NCBI RefSeq assembly: GCF_004010195.1
Contig: NC_057720.1
Coordinates: 13,049,722-13,113,721, forward strand
Direction of reading: 5' to 3'
DNA: 64,000 bases
Source of the DNA: Chiloscyllium plagiosum
Taxonomy: Eukaryota
The notes under the pieces: model-generated
The model's database searches: none
The model's input: only the letters and a program-made list of their open reading frames with translations
Told to the model about the DNA's origin: nothing
Part shown: piece by piece, positions 37,601-52,100 of the stretch
How positions within the stretch are numbered: position 1 is the first letter of the stretch
Layout of the letters: each line of letters begins with the position of its first letter
Translations under genes and position numbers: made by a program

Positions 37601-40600
37601 CCAATATCCCTCCAAACCTTTCCTATTCATGCACAGATCTAAACGTCTTGTAAAATGTTGCAACTGTACATGCATCCAGCACTTCCTCTGGCAGTTCATT
37701 CCTCACATGAACCACTTAAAAAAAATTGCCACTCATGTCCTTTTTAAATCTCTCATTTTATGTTAAAAATATGCCCCCTAGTCTTGAAATCCCCCATGTT
37801 AAGAAAAAGACATCTATCATTCAGCTTATCTATGCCCCTCATTATTTTATAAGCCTCGATAAGGTCACCTCTGAACTACCTACGTTCCTGTGAAAAAAAG
37901 TCAAAATATTAAATGATACTATGATCACCATTTTGCATAGTTTTCCATTTTATTTCCTGGAACCCAATTCAGTCCTCGTTGGGCTAGAAACACTGATTAC
38001 GAAAATTCTCCGTGCAGGTTGTCCTGCTACAATGTGCGTTTCGTTAATGTGAATTCGCTATGATTGACAAAACGGATATTGTTTCCATAGCGTGAATTTT
38101 TAAAGTATATATTAGCTATAACGCAATTTCAGCCCCATTAGTTTAAACAGTGCTGCTATTGCACGATTTTCTTACAACATGGAGTTGCACAAGAACAGAA
38201 CTACTGCATTATAGCAGAAGTGAGTGTATACATATCAGGAATTTCTCCTTTGCACTTCAGTGTTTATTCCTCAAGTGTATTATGATAAAACAATTACACT
38301 TAGCATACCCAATCAGCAGTTTACGCAGCCTTCTGCAATTTGCCCCACAATTTATTTCTCCATCTCGTTCTGACTATTTGGTGCACTACAGCTTGCATCC
38401 CCTGGAATACTACCTCTGGTTTTCTGATTTTAGTCCCCTTAATGCAGTCCATTCCAGTTTCTTTGAAAAATATTCAATGTTTTCCTTCTCCATACTTTTT
38501 GTTTTCCTGGCTGCAAGGTATTCAATGTTTCCAACCTTCCGCATCAGAGAGGTCACTGCCACTATCAAAATCCCATATAGTCTCAGCTCACCAATTTTAT
38601 TTAATTAGATTCTGTATAGATGTACATGCACTCCAAATCTTCAGCTTCTGATCATTCCACCTCTAAACTATTCTATACAACATTGCTTTTTGTCTCTTTG
38701 TACTGTGCGCCTTGTTTTACTTATTTCATACTCCATCCTGATACTCAACAAATGAGATAAAAACAATTATTTCCCACTTTGGTCTCAGCTCTTTTGAGGT
38801 GCAGCCCAGGCATATTGAATATGTCCCTTATGATCTGGAATTGTTCATGGCAATTGGAATATGGCTTCTCTCCTGTACCACTCCCCCAGCTTTTTGTTAA
38901 ATCAGTTTAAAATGATGACCCCAGTACTCAATCATCAGCTGTTTTTTTAAAGTTTCTTCCCCAGCTCCTGAAATATACAGACCACTCAGCAAATCTAACC
39001 TACACTGGTATTTAAACTCCACTCAATATATTTATAGCACCCCCTGCTATTCTCTGGGCAGCTCCTCCCCAGCCACCAAGTCGCTGCACCAGATACCACT
39101 GCGTGTAAATAGAAACTATATTCCAAGCTCCATCAGGAACAGGTATCCTTTCATATATAAATTTAAACTTGCTGACTGTCTAGTTGTAACAAGCATCAAT
39201 AATAACATTCATATTTAGCCAGCTTCCCTCATTTATTGCTTATTACCACTGACTTGCCACTTTAAAGCAATAAAAAGCACATTAATTTTCAGCATTATAA
39301 AAGCACACTATTTATTCACTGCTTCCCACTCAAAAATTAGAGCTGCTATTCTGTCCATAATATTACTGCATGATTTTTGTCATTTTTATTGAAAACTGGA
39401 ACATAAAATGGCAGTAAGTATAACTAGGTGCAGAGAAGAGCATAAAGATTTAAACATGAATTCTTGTAATAGATATGTTATGTAAACAAGGGCAACTAAG
39501 GATGGGCAATAAATACAGGCCTAATCAGAGATGCCCTTACTCTGCAAAGTGAATAAAAATATTCAGAGTACACACTGCCCATGAGAAGTACTTTTATATA
39601 CTGAACAGTTAAAGAAAAAATAAAAGAACCGGTATTGGTCAAATAGCCAATATTATCACGAGAGTGCATCAGCCATTATTACAAACACACTACTTCATTG
39701 TGCACACCCCATGCAAGTGAAGAGTTCACATTTCCACAAAGTGATATGAACATCAGCTGTTTAGTTAGTGCTCTCTCATTTCAACAAACTCTGTTGTTGG
39801 ACTACAAACTGGGAGGCTGTTGTTGAGCTAAGAAAGGGATGAAGCTAGTAAAGTGCTGTGGAATCTAGTAGTATGATTTTAATCCAGAAAGTACAAAGTA
39901 CAATTGTCTTAATAGTCAAGGTAATTTCCTTAGATAGCAATTGTTCTAAAACATACAATGATAAATGTGATGGGTATGCACAAAATGCAGTAGATATCTT
40001 CAGTAACTGCAAGTATCTGGGCAATTTCTTTTGTAATTTCATGGATAGTTAGGCTTACTCCCAGCTTATCCCTCTTTGTTACACTGATTGGAAAATGCAA
40101 CTTTTGGCAGACTTCGATTCCAAAAATTTGTTCCAGCAAATATTGTGTATCCAGATTTGATGGGGCATAATATCTGAGAAAAGTTCACTGATGAGAATTT
40201 AAACATTGACTTTCAATGTTTTGCTTAGAATCCTATACACAACTATACTCAAAAGCCAGATTTCAAATAAAAAGTGCATGTCTGTATTTTCTTGAATTAT
40301 TTAAATTGATTAATTCCACAAAGCCAAGATATGCTTTATATTTATTACTGTTGACTAGCGAGTTTAAAAATAGCTGAATGCTGAATCATCTTTAATTCAT
40401 TTGTGGCAAGCAGTTTGAGATGCAAGGAGTGGTAACTTGAAACATAAATCCATGTACATCTCTTCCATGTAATAGTATAACATTCTACAACATGGCTGAA
40501 TAAAGGAGCCATTTTTTCACTAAATTTCAACCAACTTAAAATTCAAGACAAAATAAATTGTTTGAAGTAGCAGAGAACCAGAGTGCAGAAAGTATTTGGA

Positions 40601-43600
40601 TCTTGAAAAGATCACGTTCAGAAAACAATGTACTGTCACCAGGTTTACAGAGGACAAAATTACATAGCGAGTCTAGAGAGGGAATACAGACAGGTTAAAT
40701 GAGTAGGCTAAAAAAAATCGGCAGATGGAGAAAGACTACACTGAGGTTCCTTGTGTATGAATTGCAAAAAAAGCCACCATGCGAGCTCAGGAGATAATAC
40801 AGGTGGCAAATTGAATGTTGGCCTTTACTCCTAAGGGTATGGAGTATAAAAGTAGGGAGGTCTTCCTAAAATTATACAAAGAGGTCAGAACCAAACTGGG
40901 AATACTGCAAACAGTTTTAGTTCCCTTATTGAACTAAAGATATACTGGCATGAGGCGCAGTGCAGAGAAGGTTCACTGTCAATTATGAGTCTGGAGGGAT
41001 TTCATTATAAGTAGTTTAGTTTTTTTTTCCATTCATTTCTGATGTAGGCACTGGCTGGCCAGCATTTGTTGCCCACAGTTGTAGATTGGCCTACAATGAT
41101 TGGAGGTTAGATGAACCAGAGGAGACTGGATTTGATTTATTATCACCATCTGTCTAGAGATAGAGAGAAGGATCGTTTTACATGCTACATAGATAAATTA
41201 TACCTTAGATAAGCACATCATGGTAATAGAACAGAACGCAAATTATAGTGTTACAGCTGCAGAGAAAGATCAACTTTAATACAGGAGAGTATTAAAGTTT
41301 AAAAGTTTAATAACAATGGGGAACCGCTTTTTAAATTTCTGTATCTTCTGCCTGACAGAAGAGGGTGGAACAGAGTATAACTGGTGTGGGAGCATTCTTG
41401 GATTATGTTGGCTGCTTTCCCAAGGCAGTGTGAAGAATAAACCTTGATTTATCAAGATTTTTAAAAAGGCTTGACAGGGTAGATACAGAGAGATTCTTTC
41501 TCCTCACCAGAGTCGAGGACGAGTTGGTACAATCAAAATAAGTGGTCACCCATTTCAGACAAGTGAGGAGGTAGTAAGTCTGTGGAATGCTTCACCAGAG
41601 AGTGAGGAAGACTGGGGTATGAATTTTCAAGGCTGAGATAGACAGATTTTTAAATCAGTGAGGGAATCATGGATTAAGAAGAAAAAGGCATGACAGAGAA
41701 ACTGATTATTCTCAGATCAGCCACAAACTCATCATATGGCAAAGCAGATTCTATGGACCAAATGGCTTACTTATGCTCAAACGCCTTATATCCAGTTTTC
41801 ATTAAGATCTTAAACATCTTACTGCATTGGGGGAAACTTTACTTAGGTGACCAGGCAACGTATCCAGCAATAATCTTAACAATGCATTCAAACAACTTCG
41901 TTAAAAGACTTGCAGTTTGCTGTTTTGTTCCTCCCCCTTTTCCAGAATAATGTTGATACAATAGCTATTTTCCAATCCACGGGATCCTCTCAGAATCCAA
42001 GAACTTTTGGAAGTTTATAACCAATGCCTCTATTATCTCCACAGTCACTTCTTTTAAAGATGCTAGGGTGGATCACATTTATGAGCACAGTTGGAGGGCA
42101 AATGGGAGATGCTGCAAGTTAGGTGATGACAGCAAGGTTTTAATGACAAGTTTACAAACTGTAGAAACAGTCAGCTAGGAGCACAAGAATCAACTTAAAA
42201 GTCATATGAGAGGTTTCAACAACAGAGGAGCAAAAAGAGGGGAAACTCTGCACAGCCTGCATCATTGTAACTTGGAGTTCACAACTGCCACTCTACTGTT
42301 GCTGGGTCAAAATACTGAAACTCACTTCCGAACAGCATTGAGAGTGTAGATATGGTCACCCTTCACATGGTTATGATTACTAGCCCAGTGACATTATCAC
42401 CAAGTACATAACATCAATAACTTCTATATTTAATTGATCTAGCATTTCTATCAAGCTGGCAGAGCAAAACAATAATAACAGGTAAATGGGAATCATACAT
42501 TCTTATTAATTCGCCAGAAATACTGCTCATCTGCCTGTGGGACGGCTTACAAAATTGACTTGAGTGAAGGAGGAAAAATTCCTGGCTTCGTTGACAAACT
42601 GTTTATCGTGCATACAAGTACAATGGACCATTGGGCATCAGAATATCGGATCTGTTGCGAAGTTGATACAATTCTAAGGTAATAGTAAATATGACCAAAA
42701 AGACTTTTCGGCACATAAAAGAACTGTAGTCACTAGGTGACAATCGAACATGGAATAAGCATTACATTGAGATTTCAGTAGATTAATGACAGGTACAAGG
42801 AGCTCCTCAGAAACACTACAATGAGCAGTAAATGCAATTAGAGGTAAAAATTAATTCAGAACACCCTCAAAAGCATAGGTACAGAATTTAACCCAATCAT
42901 TTCTGGTTCCACTGGGTAATGTTTCCAGCAGTAGCTGCTCCACACAGTATTATTATTTTTCTCTCTCCCCGCTCATTTGTGGGATGTGGGTAAGCTGCCT
43001 AATTACACAGAAAATGGAGAACAGATAGGGAGATGAATATTTCATGCTATGAAGTGTTGCCCTCTGGAGATGCAAAGTTGGAGTTAGGTCGAATGAAACC
43101 TGAAAACAAAAATTGCGTTATACACCCGAGAGGTAACACCTCAAATTACAGAATTCGCATCCTGTTGTCAACACGAGATTATCCCATTCTATTTTTTGAC
43201 CTCCTACCGACACACCATCCACAAAGTTTTTACATTCTTCTGATTCTAGTCTCTTTTGCACATCCCAGAGTTTATTAAATCATTCCATGATTGGCATGCT
43301 TTCAGGTATCCAGACCTTAACCTTGAGAATTCTCCCCAACTTCTCCAGTCTCTTTAAGACAAGCTTCAATGTCTACATGGAGCAGGATTTTAGTTACTTG
43401 TCCTAATCTCTCTCATGGTTCAGAGTCACGCGAAGTACTTTGGAGTGCTTATCCAAATTGGAAAAAAAAAGATACATGAATGCAAAAAGGTTGCTACTGT
43501 CAAAATGAATGATTGATGTTACTAAAACTGAATATTCAATTAATGGATGTAAAGACTGGGGACATCATAACTACCCTTCTTTCTCATGAATGCAATGGGA

Positions 43601-46122
43601 TCTTTTCTGTCCAAGAGGACAGACGACACCTCACCCTAATTTCATCAAAAGACGTCACACCTCTTATTGGCATAAAATCTCTACAATAATGTGTGGGAAT
43701 GCTAACCCATGTGAGATGCTCAAATCTCTGGAGAAAGGCAAGGATGCAATTAATGAGCCAAGGCTAACTGCTTGGAAAATGGAATATTCTCAATATCCCA
43801 TCCAATTACATCATTTAAGAGAGTGACCCGCAGCAACATTTTCTCCTGGAAAGTGAAACGACAGTATAAGATTCAAGAAACACTCAGGTCAGCATTGAAT
43901 TGAGGAACACAAAACCAGGAGTAGGCCATTTGGCCCCCTCATTCAATAAGATCATGGCTATCTGTTGCCAAGGCAACATCTGTTGCATGCTTTGGGCTCA
44001 TCTCGATACCCTTAGTAAACAAAAATTTCTCTCTCAGATTTCCATTAAACAATTGAATTAGCATTGACTGCCAATTGAGGATGAGTTTCAAAGCTCCACT
44101 ACTCTTTCCCCATGAAAGCGTTTTCTAACAATGCTTGTGAATGGCCTGGCCTTACTTCTTAGTGGAAATAGTTTCTTTATCTATTCTGTCTTTCCCTGTT
44201 AATAACCTGAAGACCTCAATTAGATCACTTCTGAACTTTCCATATTCTAGAGAATAAAGACCCAATTTGTCTAATCTCTCCTTGGAACTGAACCCCTGAA
44301 ATCCAAGTATCATCCTTGTAAAATTGTAAACATACATTGAATTCCCTCCTGGGCCAAAACATCCTTCCCTAAGGATCCTCACAAGTAGCCTGACAAACAA
44401 ACAGTCATTCCCATTTATTTAAATACTGCTAAAAATAATCAACATTTACAAGACTAATTTCATTTTATAGTTGTCAATATCTAGATTATTTTTAAAAGTA
44501 CTAAAAGAAAATTTGGTGATAATGTGTCTGAATGTTCCCAATCCCAAACTCCTTAAACAGTGCAAGAGTACAGCAGGTACAGTAAGTTACTCAGCATTGT
44601 ACAAAATTAAAATCAGATTATTGATGAGAATGAGACAGGAAAGATTCGAAGTTGCACTCAGAGAGAGTGTCAGGTATACAGCATGGAAACAGATAATTTG
44701 GTCCAACTCATCCATGCCAAATCAGGTATTTTATGTAAATCTAGTCACATTTGCGAGCATTTGGTCCATATCCCTGTAAACCCTTCCTCTTAATATACCC
44801 ATCCGAATGCCTTTTAAATGTTGTAATTGTACCAGCCTCCACCACTTCCTCTGGAAGCACATTCCATACATGGATCCACTCTCTGTGTGAAAACGTTGCC
44901 CCAAGGTCCCTTTTAGATCTTTCCCCTCTCACTTTAAACCTATGCCCTCTATTCCCCCCCCCCCCCCTTATTTCAAGGGGGTTGGAGTTGAAGGGTAGAG
45001 AAGCCTTATGGCATCTATACTAGGTGCTGCCGAGACCATATCTGGAATGCAATGAACAGTTTTAGTCCTCTTGACAATTGGTATCATTGTATTTGTGGCA
45101 ATTCAGAGAAGACTCACAAGGGTTATCCCTAGTATGTGAGGAATAGTCTTTGCTCGTAAGGCAAAACAGGTTGGGATTCTACTCACTGGAATTTAGATTG
45201 AGAGATGATCTCATTTAAATATACAGAATTCTTAAGGGGCTTGATATTTTCATTTCAAGTAAGTTTAAGTGGCAATACAAACTGCCATTGTACAGAATCT
45301 CCCTTATGGTAGAAACTTGTTAAAAGAAGAAATGAAACAAGCGACAATAATTGGTTTGATATGCATCTTTACAAAGATCTCAACCGTGCAATTCCACAAC
45401 ACACCAGTCGTCAGTTTACTATCCTTCCTTTCTTCATATAAAACATTTTATTTATTGACTTTTTAAGAAAGGAAATTTCTATTACTGTTATTACATAAAT
45501 GTTTAAAATGAGAGCCAAAGCAAATATTACCCAGAGCAATGATTATCATTAAGAGATGATAATGCTACACAGTAGGAGTGCAATATTGTCAGAGGTTCCA
45601 ATTAAGTCTCATTGCAAGAGGTCAACTCTGGACAGAAGAAAGTAACCTCTCAGTGGCAGAACAGAAAAAGGAGAAACCGAACTTGTGCTTCTGTTAAAAG
45701 TATTCATACAAAGCTATGTGGAAACTCAAGACAGCCAAATATGCAAAGCCTTGCATTTGATCTTTTGATTGGCCTCCATGCTGGAGGAGGTCTTTTGGAA
45801 GTAAATATGAAAAATTATACCCAGGTTTGTGTTTCAAATCAGATTTCAAGAGGCCTACACACAGCAAATGAGGATAATTGGATACATGAGTAGCAACGGT
45901 TTAGAGGGACAAACGTCAAGTGCAGGCGAATGGGACTAGATTAATTTAGGATATCTGGTCTGGATTAGTGATGCTGGAAGAGCACAGCAGTTCAGGCAGC
46001 ATCGACACAGATGAGTTGGACTAAAGGGAATGTGTTTCCATGGTGTACTTCTATGACTCTACATATACAACTAAATCCATAAATAACATTAATGAGCAAG
46101 AGGGTGTGAAAGCATTGGTGTA

Positions 46123-46161
<39 letters not shown>

Positions 46162-49100
46162 TGTTTTGAGGAATGAGAACAGTAGATTTACAGTCAACAA
46201 GGTGGTGGATGAATGAATGAAGAAGGTGGCAGAAAGGATGATTTTCTGGCAGATGGACAAAAGAGTGAGACCGATAAGGTTTGTTCCTCTCGTTTCCTCT
46301 TCAATTATGCAAACTTTGCAGCCTCAACAAAAGCAGAAGTGATCTTTTCTGATAATTTTTGTCCTCCTTTCCATCAAGAGCATGGAATAATATAATATTA
46401 ACACAGTTAAATGCCCATGATGCTTCAAAGGAATCTGATTGAACAAACAAACAAGTGCCTGAGGCAAAGATAAAAAAAGGAGGAAAGCAAGGAAACGTTA
46501 GGAATCTGGACAAGAGAATGGGAAAAGTCAGTCGGAGGTATGAAAACCCATGAATAATCTCAGGTGATCAAAGAAACAAGTTTTAAGATGCACTTGGAGA
46601 AGAGGTGGAAAAGGAAGGAGTTGGGAAACAAATTCCTCAAGTTAGAATCGTGGCAGCTGAAGGCACAAATATCATTGGTAGGGCAAAGAAAATGGGAGAT
46701 GCACATAGGATCAGGTTCAAAAAAGGATTGAAGAGAATTAAAAAAGCAGCAATGGTTGATCAGGAACCAACACAGGTCAGTGAACAAAGGTGAATGGTCT
46801 CGATGCCAGTAAGAATACAAGCAGCAAATGTTTGTATGAGCTGAAATTTAGCATGGATGAAGATAGGAGACAGCCTTGAAAGGGAATTAGAATTAGAAAG
46901 CAACAAAAGCACACAAGTGATCTTCAGTAGTAGATGGGTGGAGATGAAAATTGTTAGCCTTGTGATTGAAAAATAAAAATCAATGGGCTAGAAAATCATT
47001 GGTGTAAAGTTTTAATATTTTTGTCCAGCCAGAGGCACTGGTCAGCAGAGGTGAATGGAATCAATGGCTCAGGAATGGAGACTGTGTAGTCCCTATGATC
47101 TTGAAAAGTTGGAAAAATCAATCAAGTGAAATTTAAGTTCATTTAAAGTTGGATAATAGACAAGCTGTCTAACACCACAGAGAACTCTGAAGAATAGAGT
47201 GTAGCCAGTGAGTTTGTTAGGTGTTGCCAAGGTACATGTGGATATCATATCCAGTATCATTGCCATGGGTCAGTACACAGATGAAAACAAGAGGGGTAAA
47301 ATGACCCTTGAGAGACTGTAGAACTAACTACAGTTTTGTAAAGACAAGGTTACTATTGAGATAAGAATGGAACCTGCAACAGCTGTTCCCTTCAGCTAGA
47401 CAATGCAAAGGATGTTATAGTCATGAGTGAGATATTGGAAAAAGAACTGCAGGTCAGGCAACATCTGAGGAGCATTATCCCTTCATCAGAAATGACATGT
47501 TATAGCCATAAGGACATTACAGCAAGCCATTCCAAAGGCTGCAGCTAAATTAAGGGAATCACCCACAACAATAGCATGTGGGCCTGGGAGCTGTGGTTCA
47601 GTAGTCAAGTTTAATAGGGTTAGAAGCAAGAGAAGAGTCTCAAGACAAAATGAGCTTCAGGAAGACAGCAGGAAAGAGTAGGGAAACAGGAGAAAGGTAA
47701 AAGTTTCAATTTATGGCATGGTATAAACTTGGGATGGGTAGGTGTGAAAAAAAATAGCAGAGACAACTTACTCTCAGTCTTAATCCAAGTGATAAAGACA
47801 AAATCCTCAGACTTGTTTCTACAAATGATTACGAAGAGAGAAGGGTTCAAACCAGATTGTTGATAGTACATGAAAGTAACTAGCAGTTACCATTCCCTCC
47901 AGCATCCCAGATTTCATCCATAATTTAGATGCAACTATGATTAAAAACGTAGAACCTGCAACACCATCATTTAGACAAAACAAAAATCACCAGATTAAAA
48001 TCAAACTCCTTAAAAATACTTGTTTCAATTCACAAATTCTGCAAAATTCTAATTCTTATAGAAGATAGAAAAGTACAGCGCAGAACAGGCCCTTTGGCCC
48101 ACAATGTTGAGCCGAGGTTTAAACCTAATGTAAAATATAACAACTTAACCTATGCACCCCTCAACTCACTGCTATTCATGTGCATGTCCAGCATCCACCA
48201 CCACAGTTGGTAATGCATTCCATGCATTCACAACTGTCTGCGTAAAGAACCTACCTCTGACGTGTCCTCTATATCTTTCTCCTAATATCTTAAAACTTTG
48301 ACTCCTCGTACGAGTCAATCCTGCCCTGAGGAAAAGTCTCTGTCTATTGACCCTATCTATTCCACTCATTATTTTGTAGACCTCGATCAGGTCTCCTCTC
48401 TTCCTCCTTTTCTCTCTGGAGAGAAAATTCCGAGCTTATTCAACCTTTCTTCATAAGGCAAGCCCTCCAGTCCAGGCAGCTTCCTGGTAAACCTTCTTTG
48501 CACCCTCTCCAAAGCCTCTATCTTTCCTATTGTAGGGCGACCAGAACTGGACACAATATTCCAAGTGTGGTCTCACCAGGGACTTGTAGAGCAGTAGCAA
48601 AACCTCACGGCTTAAACTCAATCCCCCATTAATAAAAGCCAAACCACCATATGCTTTCTTAAGAACCCTATCCACTTGGGTGGCAACTTTAAGGGATCTA
48701 TGTACTTGCACACCAAGATCCCTCTGTTCCTCCACACTGCCAAGAATCTTGCCTTTAATCCTATATTCAGCATTCGAGTTCGACCTTCCAAAATGCATCA
48801 CAGGTTGAAGTCCACCTGCCATTTCTCAACCCACCTCTGCATCCTGTTTATGTCGTGCTGCAGTCTGCAGTAGCCCTTGATGCTATCAACAGCACCACCA
48901 AACTTTGTGTCATCTGCAAATTTACTAACCCAAACCTCAACCTCCTCATCCAAGTCAAAAACTTGAAAGAGCAGAGGCCCAAGAATACAGCCCTGCGGGA
49001 CCCCACTCAACACTGACCTCCAAGCAGAATACTTTCCATCTACAACCACTCTCTGCCTTCTGTCAGCCAACCAATTCTGAATCCAGATAGCCAAATCTCT

Positions 49101-52100
49101 GTATCCCATACTTCCTGACTTTATGAATGAGCCTACCACGGGGAACCTTATCAAATGCCTTATGTAGGGTTCAAACCCAATTATGTCAAGGTAGTGGACT
49201 TGTCTCAGGTTTCATAGTAAAAGTTAATTCATCAGTGGCTTACATTAACCCTGATATCCAAGATATATACTTATTGTTTTTAAGTAGGGATCATCTGTGT
49301 AAATGAAGTATTTGACAATACTGTTGATTCATAAACCAGAAGCTTCTTTAAGTGAAGAGGATAACAGCGTAAAACTACAAAATGATGCATCAATACCAAA
49401 CAGCATATCCTGCCGATGTATCCTTCAAATAGTTCTTGGTGTCACAGAATACATAGGATATTGAGGTGCCAGCTTTGGACTAGGGTGGACTAAGTTAAAT
49501 TGCACAACACCGGGCTATAGTCTAAACAGGATTATTTGGAAGTACTAGCTTTCAGAGCGATGCTAGTACTTACAAATAAACTCATTGGACTATAACCTGG
49601 TGTTATGAGATTTTTAACATTGAATATATGGAGTAATATGTTTAGTAAACTTCCAAATCTAAACAAAGCATATTAATTCATTAGCGGTGAACTTTACCAA
49701 CTATTACAATAGTAGTGTGCCTTTGAGTGATTTGTTCTGCTGTTTTATGGCACAGAGGTATTGCACAGTGATGTCAGTATGTCGACTTCAGAAGCAGTTG
49801 GCAAATGCCTCTGAACTTCTGGCATGTTTTTTCTTAAATTAGACAAAGGAAGATTGAGCAGGTGGAGTCAGACTCACACAGCTGATACATACAGCTCTAT
49901 CTGCTGTAGCAAAAAGCTACTCTGCTGTTAGATTTTTTTTTGTGCTCCTTTCTCCTAGACTAGAAAGGAGATTGCACTTGAGAAAAGTTTGTTTTGCTGA
50001 ATTTGCTTTTGCCAAGAGTATGTTTATGGGATGCTGCTATATTGGAATAGTTGAATAATATTATAGAGTATTTCAAGAGAGTTAAAGTTATGCCAAATCT
50101 TCTTTGTTTATGTTTTAGCTGTATTGTAAGAATAAAGTGAATTTTGTTTAAAGCCTAGTAATGGACCAAATGAATCATCTGGAACACAGCACCTTACACT
50201 TGCCTTTAAATAAGATAAAACGTTGGTATCCTTGATATATTATGAGCTGGTTTGTTTCATAACATTGCTCGTTTGCAAAAGACAATCATTTCCAAATTTA
50301 GTGTCGGCAAATATTTTAAGTAATTAAAACTTACTACATGCATCTGACAATTAAATAATCTGGATTAAATTTATTAGGCAATTTATAATAAAAGCAATAC
50401 CTTTTTTGTTTCTAACTGGGCTTCCTCTTGGCAACATCGTCTGCAGTTTGGGTCCAACTGATTGAGACTGAATTGGCCAAGGAGGTCACATGAGCTGCAG
50501 AGCAAATTACTGGAGAAACCAAGCTCTCGGCAGGCTTCAGATGATAGCTCTGCACCACACATATATATCTGCAAACAGAAAACAGGATGTATAAATATCA
50601 AATCAATTGGAAATGGAAAGGTACATACTAGCAATGTAAAAACATGCTAAATTACAGACCAGAGTCAGAGTCAAAATGATAAAACTAAGGAACCATACAG
50701 AGGAGAAAGAGCAGTAAACTGAAGCAAACCACAACACAGAGGCTTGGGATGACAAAAGCCAAATAATTACAACACCAAATAAGACAGGGGCACCATGCTT
50801 GTTTGATGTTATCATTGACAAATATCTCCTCCATTACATTCACTGGGTCATCATCAAGAGAAATTAAACTGGACAAACAACACAATACCATGGTTATTAG
50901 AGCAAGTCAGAGGATGGATATTATGATGAGTTGCTCATTGTTTAACTCCCTAAAGGTTCTCCACTACAAGAAAGTCACAAATCCAGACAGTGGTGAAATG
51001 CTCATGTTAGGTTGCATGCAGCTGCAATGCTCGATGTGCCACACCATCCAGGACAATAGTGCTCATTAGCACTCCATTTATCAATCTAAACATCCATGTT
51101 GAAAATGACCATTTTCGTTCAAAATCATTTTTTTTTTGCTTTGAAAGGAAGGTGCACATCTCGGATGTATGCCAGCTTGTTTATGCACAGAATAAATGTG
51201 CAATACTTCAAATAAAAAGTAGAGAGTTAAATAAAAAGCTACTCCTTGTAGATTAGGATTAAGCTCTGTTATGACAGAGTATAGATGAAGGAGTTACATC
51301 CAAACCCCAATCTAAGAACACTGTGTGCATGCTCAGAACCCCAATATGTTCATATAGTGGCAGTCACTGGACTAGGAATCCAGAGGTCCAGGTTAATGTC
51401 TTGGGGTGCAGGTTTAAAGACCAAGATGCCAGCTGCTAAATTTAAATTCAACTTAAAACATCTGGAATATTTTGATCATGGCAACAACCATATAAACCAA
51501 TCTGGCTCACTAACGTCCATTAAGGAAGGAAATCAGCCTTACACGGTTTGGACGATGTGACTCCAGAACCACAACAATATGATTGACATGTAACTGCCCT
51601 CAATTCAGGGGCTATTAGGGAGAGGCCAGCAGCACTCACAAAAAAAAATTTGACCACCAAAGTGCAGTTTAGGAGAGAAGTTCACTCCCACTCTTCTCAA
51701 TTAATCCAGCACGTCTTAAAAAGAAGACAGCTGGCATTTTAGAAAATTCTTATTCTTTTCTTCAGAACTATGGCTTGTCATTCCAAATTTATATTGTGCT
51801 GTGTTTCTCCTGCAGAGAATTAGCTGACAGGGTACGCAAAAGAAAATCTGTAAGAATTACAACTAGATAGCTTATCCAATATTTATATTGCAAACATGTT
51901 AAAGTCAGCCATACAATATGTACACTTATATTGTGCAATAAGAAGTGAGGAACAGCCAGACTCTTTGCTTGCATGCCCAGCTACACTTCAGCTTTTAACA
52001 ACTGACACCTCTGTGACAAGTCCAATTAGAAGTGACTATACCAGCAGGTAACAAGTACAATTCCAGAACTGTCATTATCAGAGAAAGCAGAGATTTATGA

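Noticed and set aside
38150..38651. 152-aa and 103-aa ORFs in intron 2
   Set aside because: No recognisable homology or splice context; hydrophobic translations of T-rich sequence.
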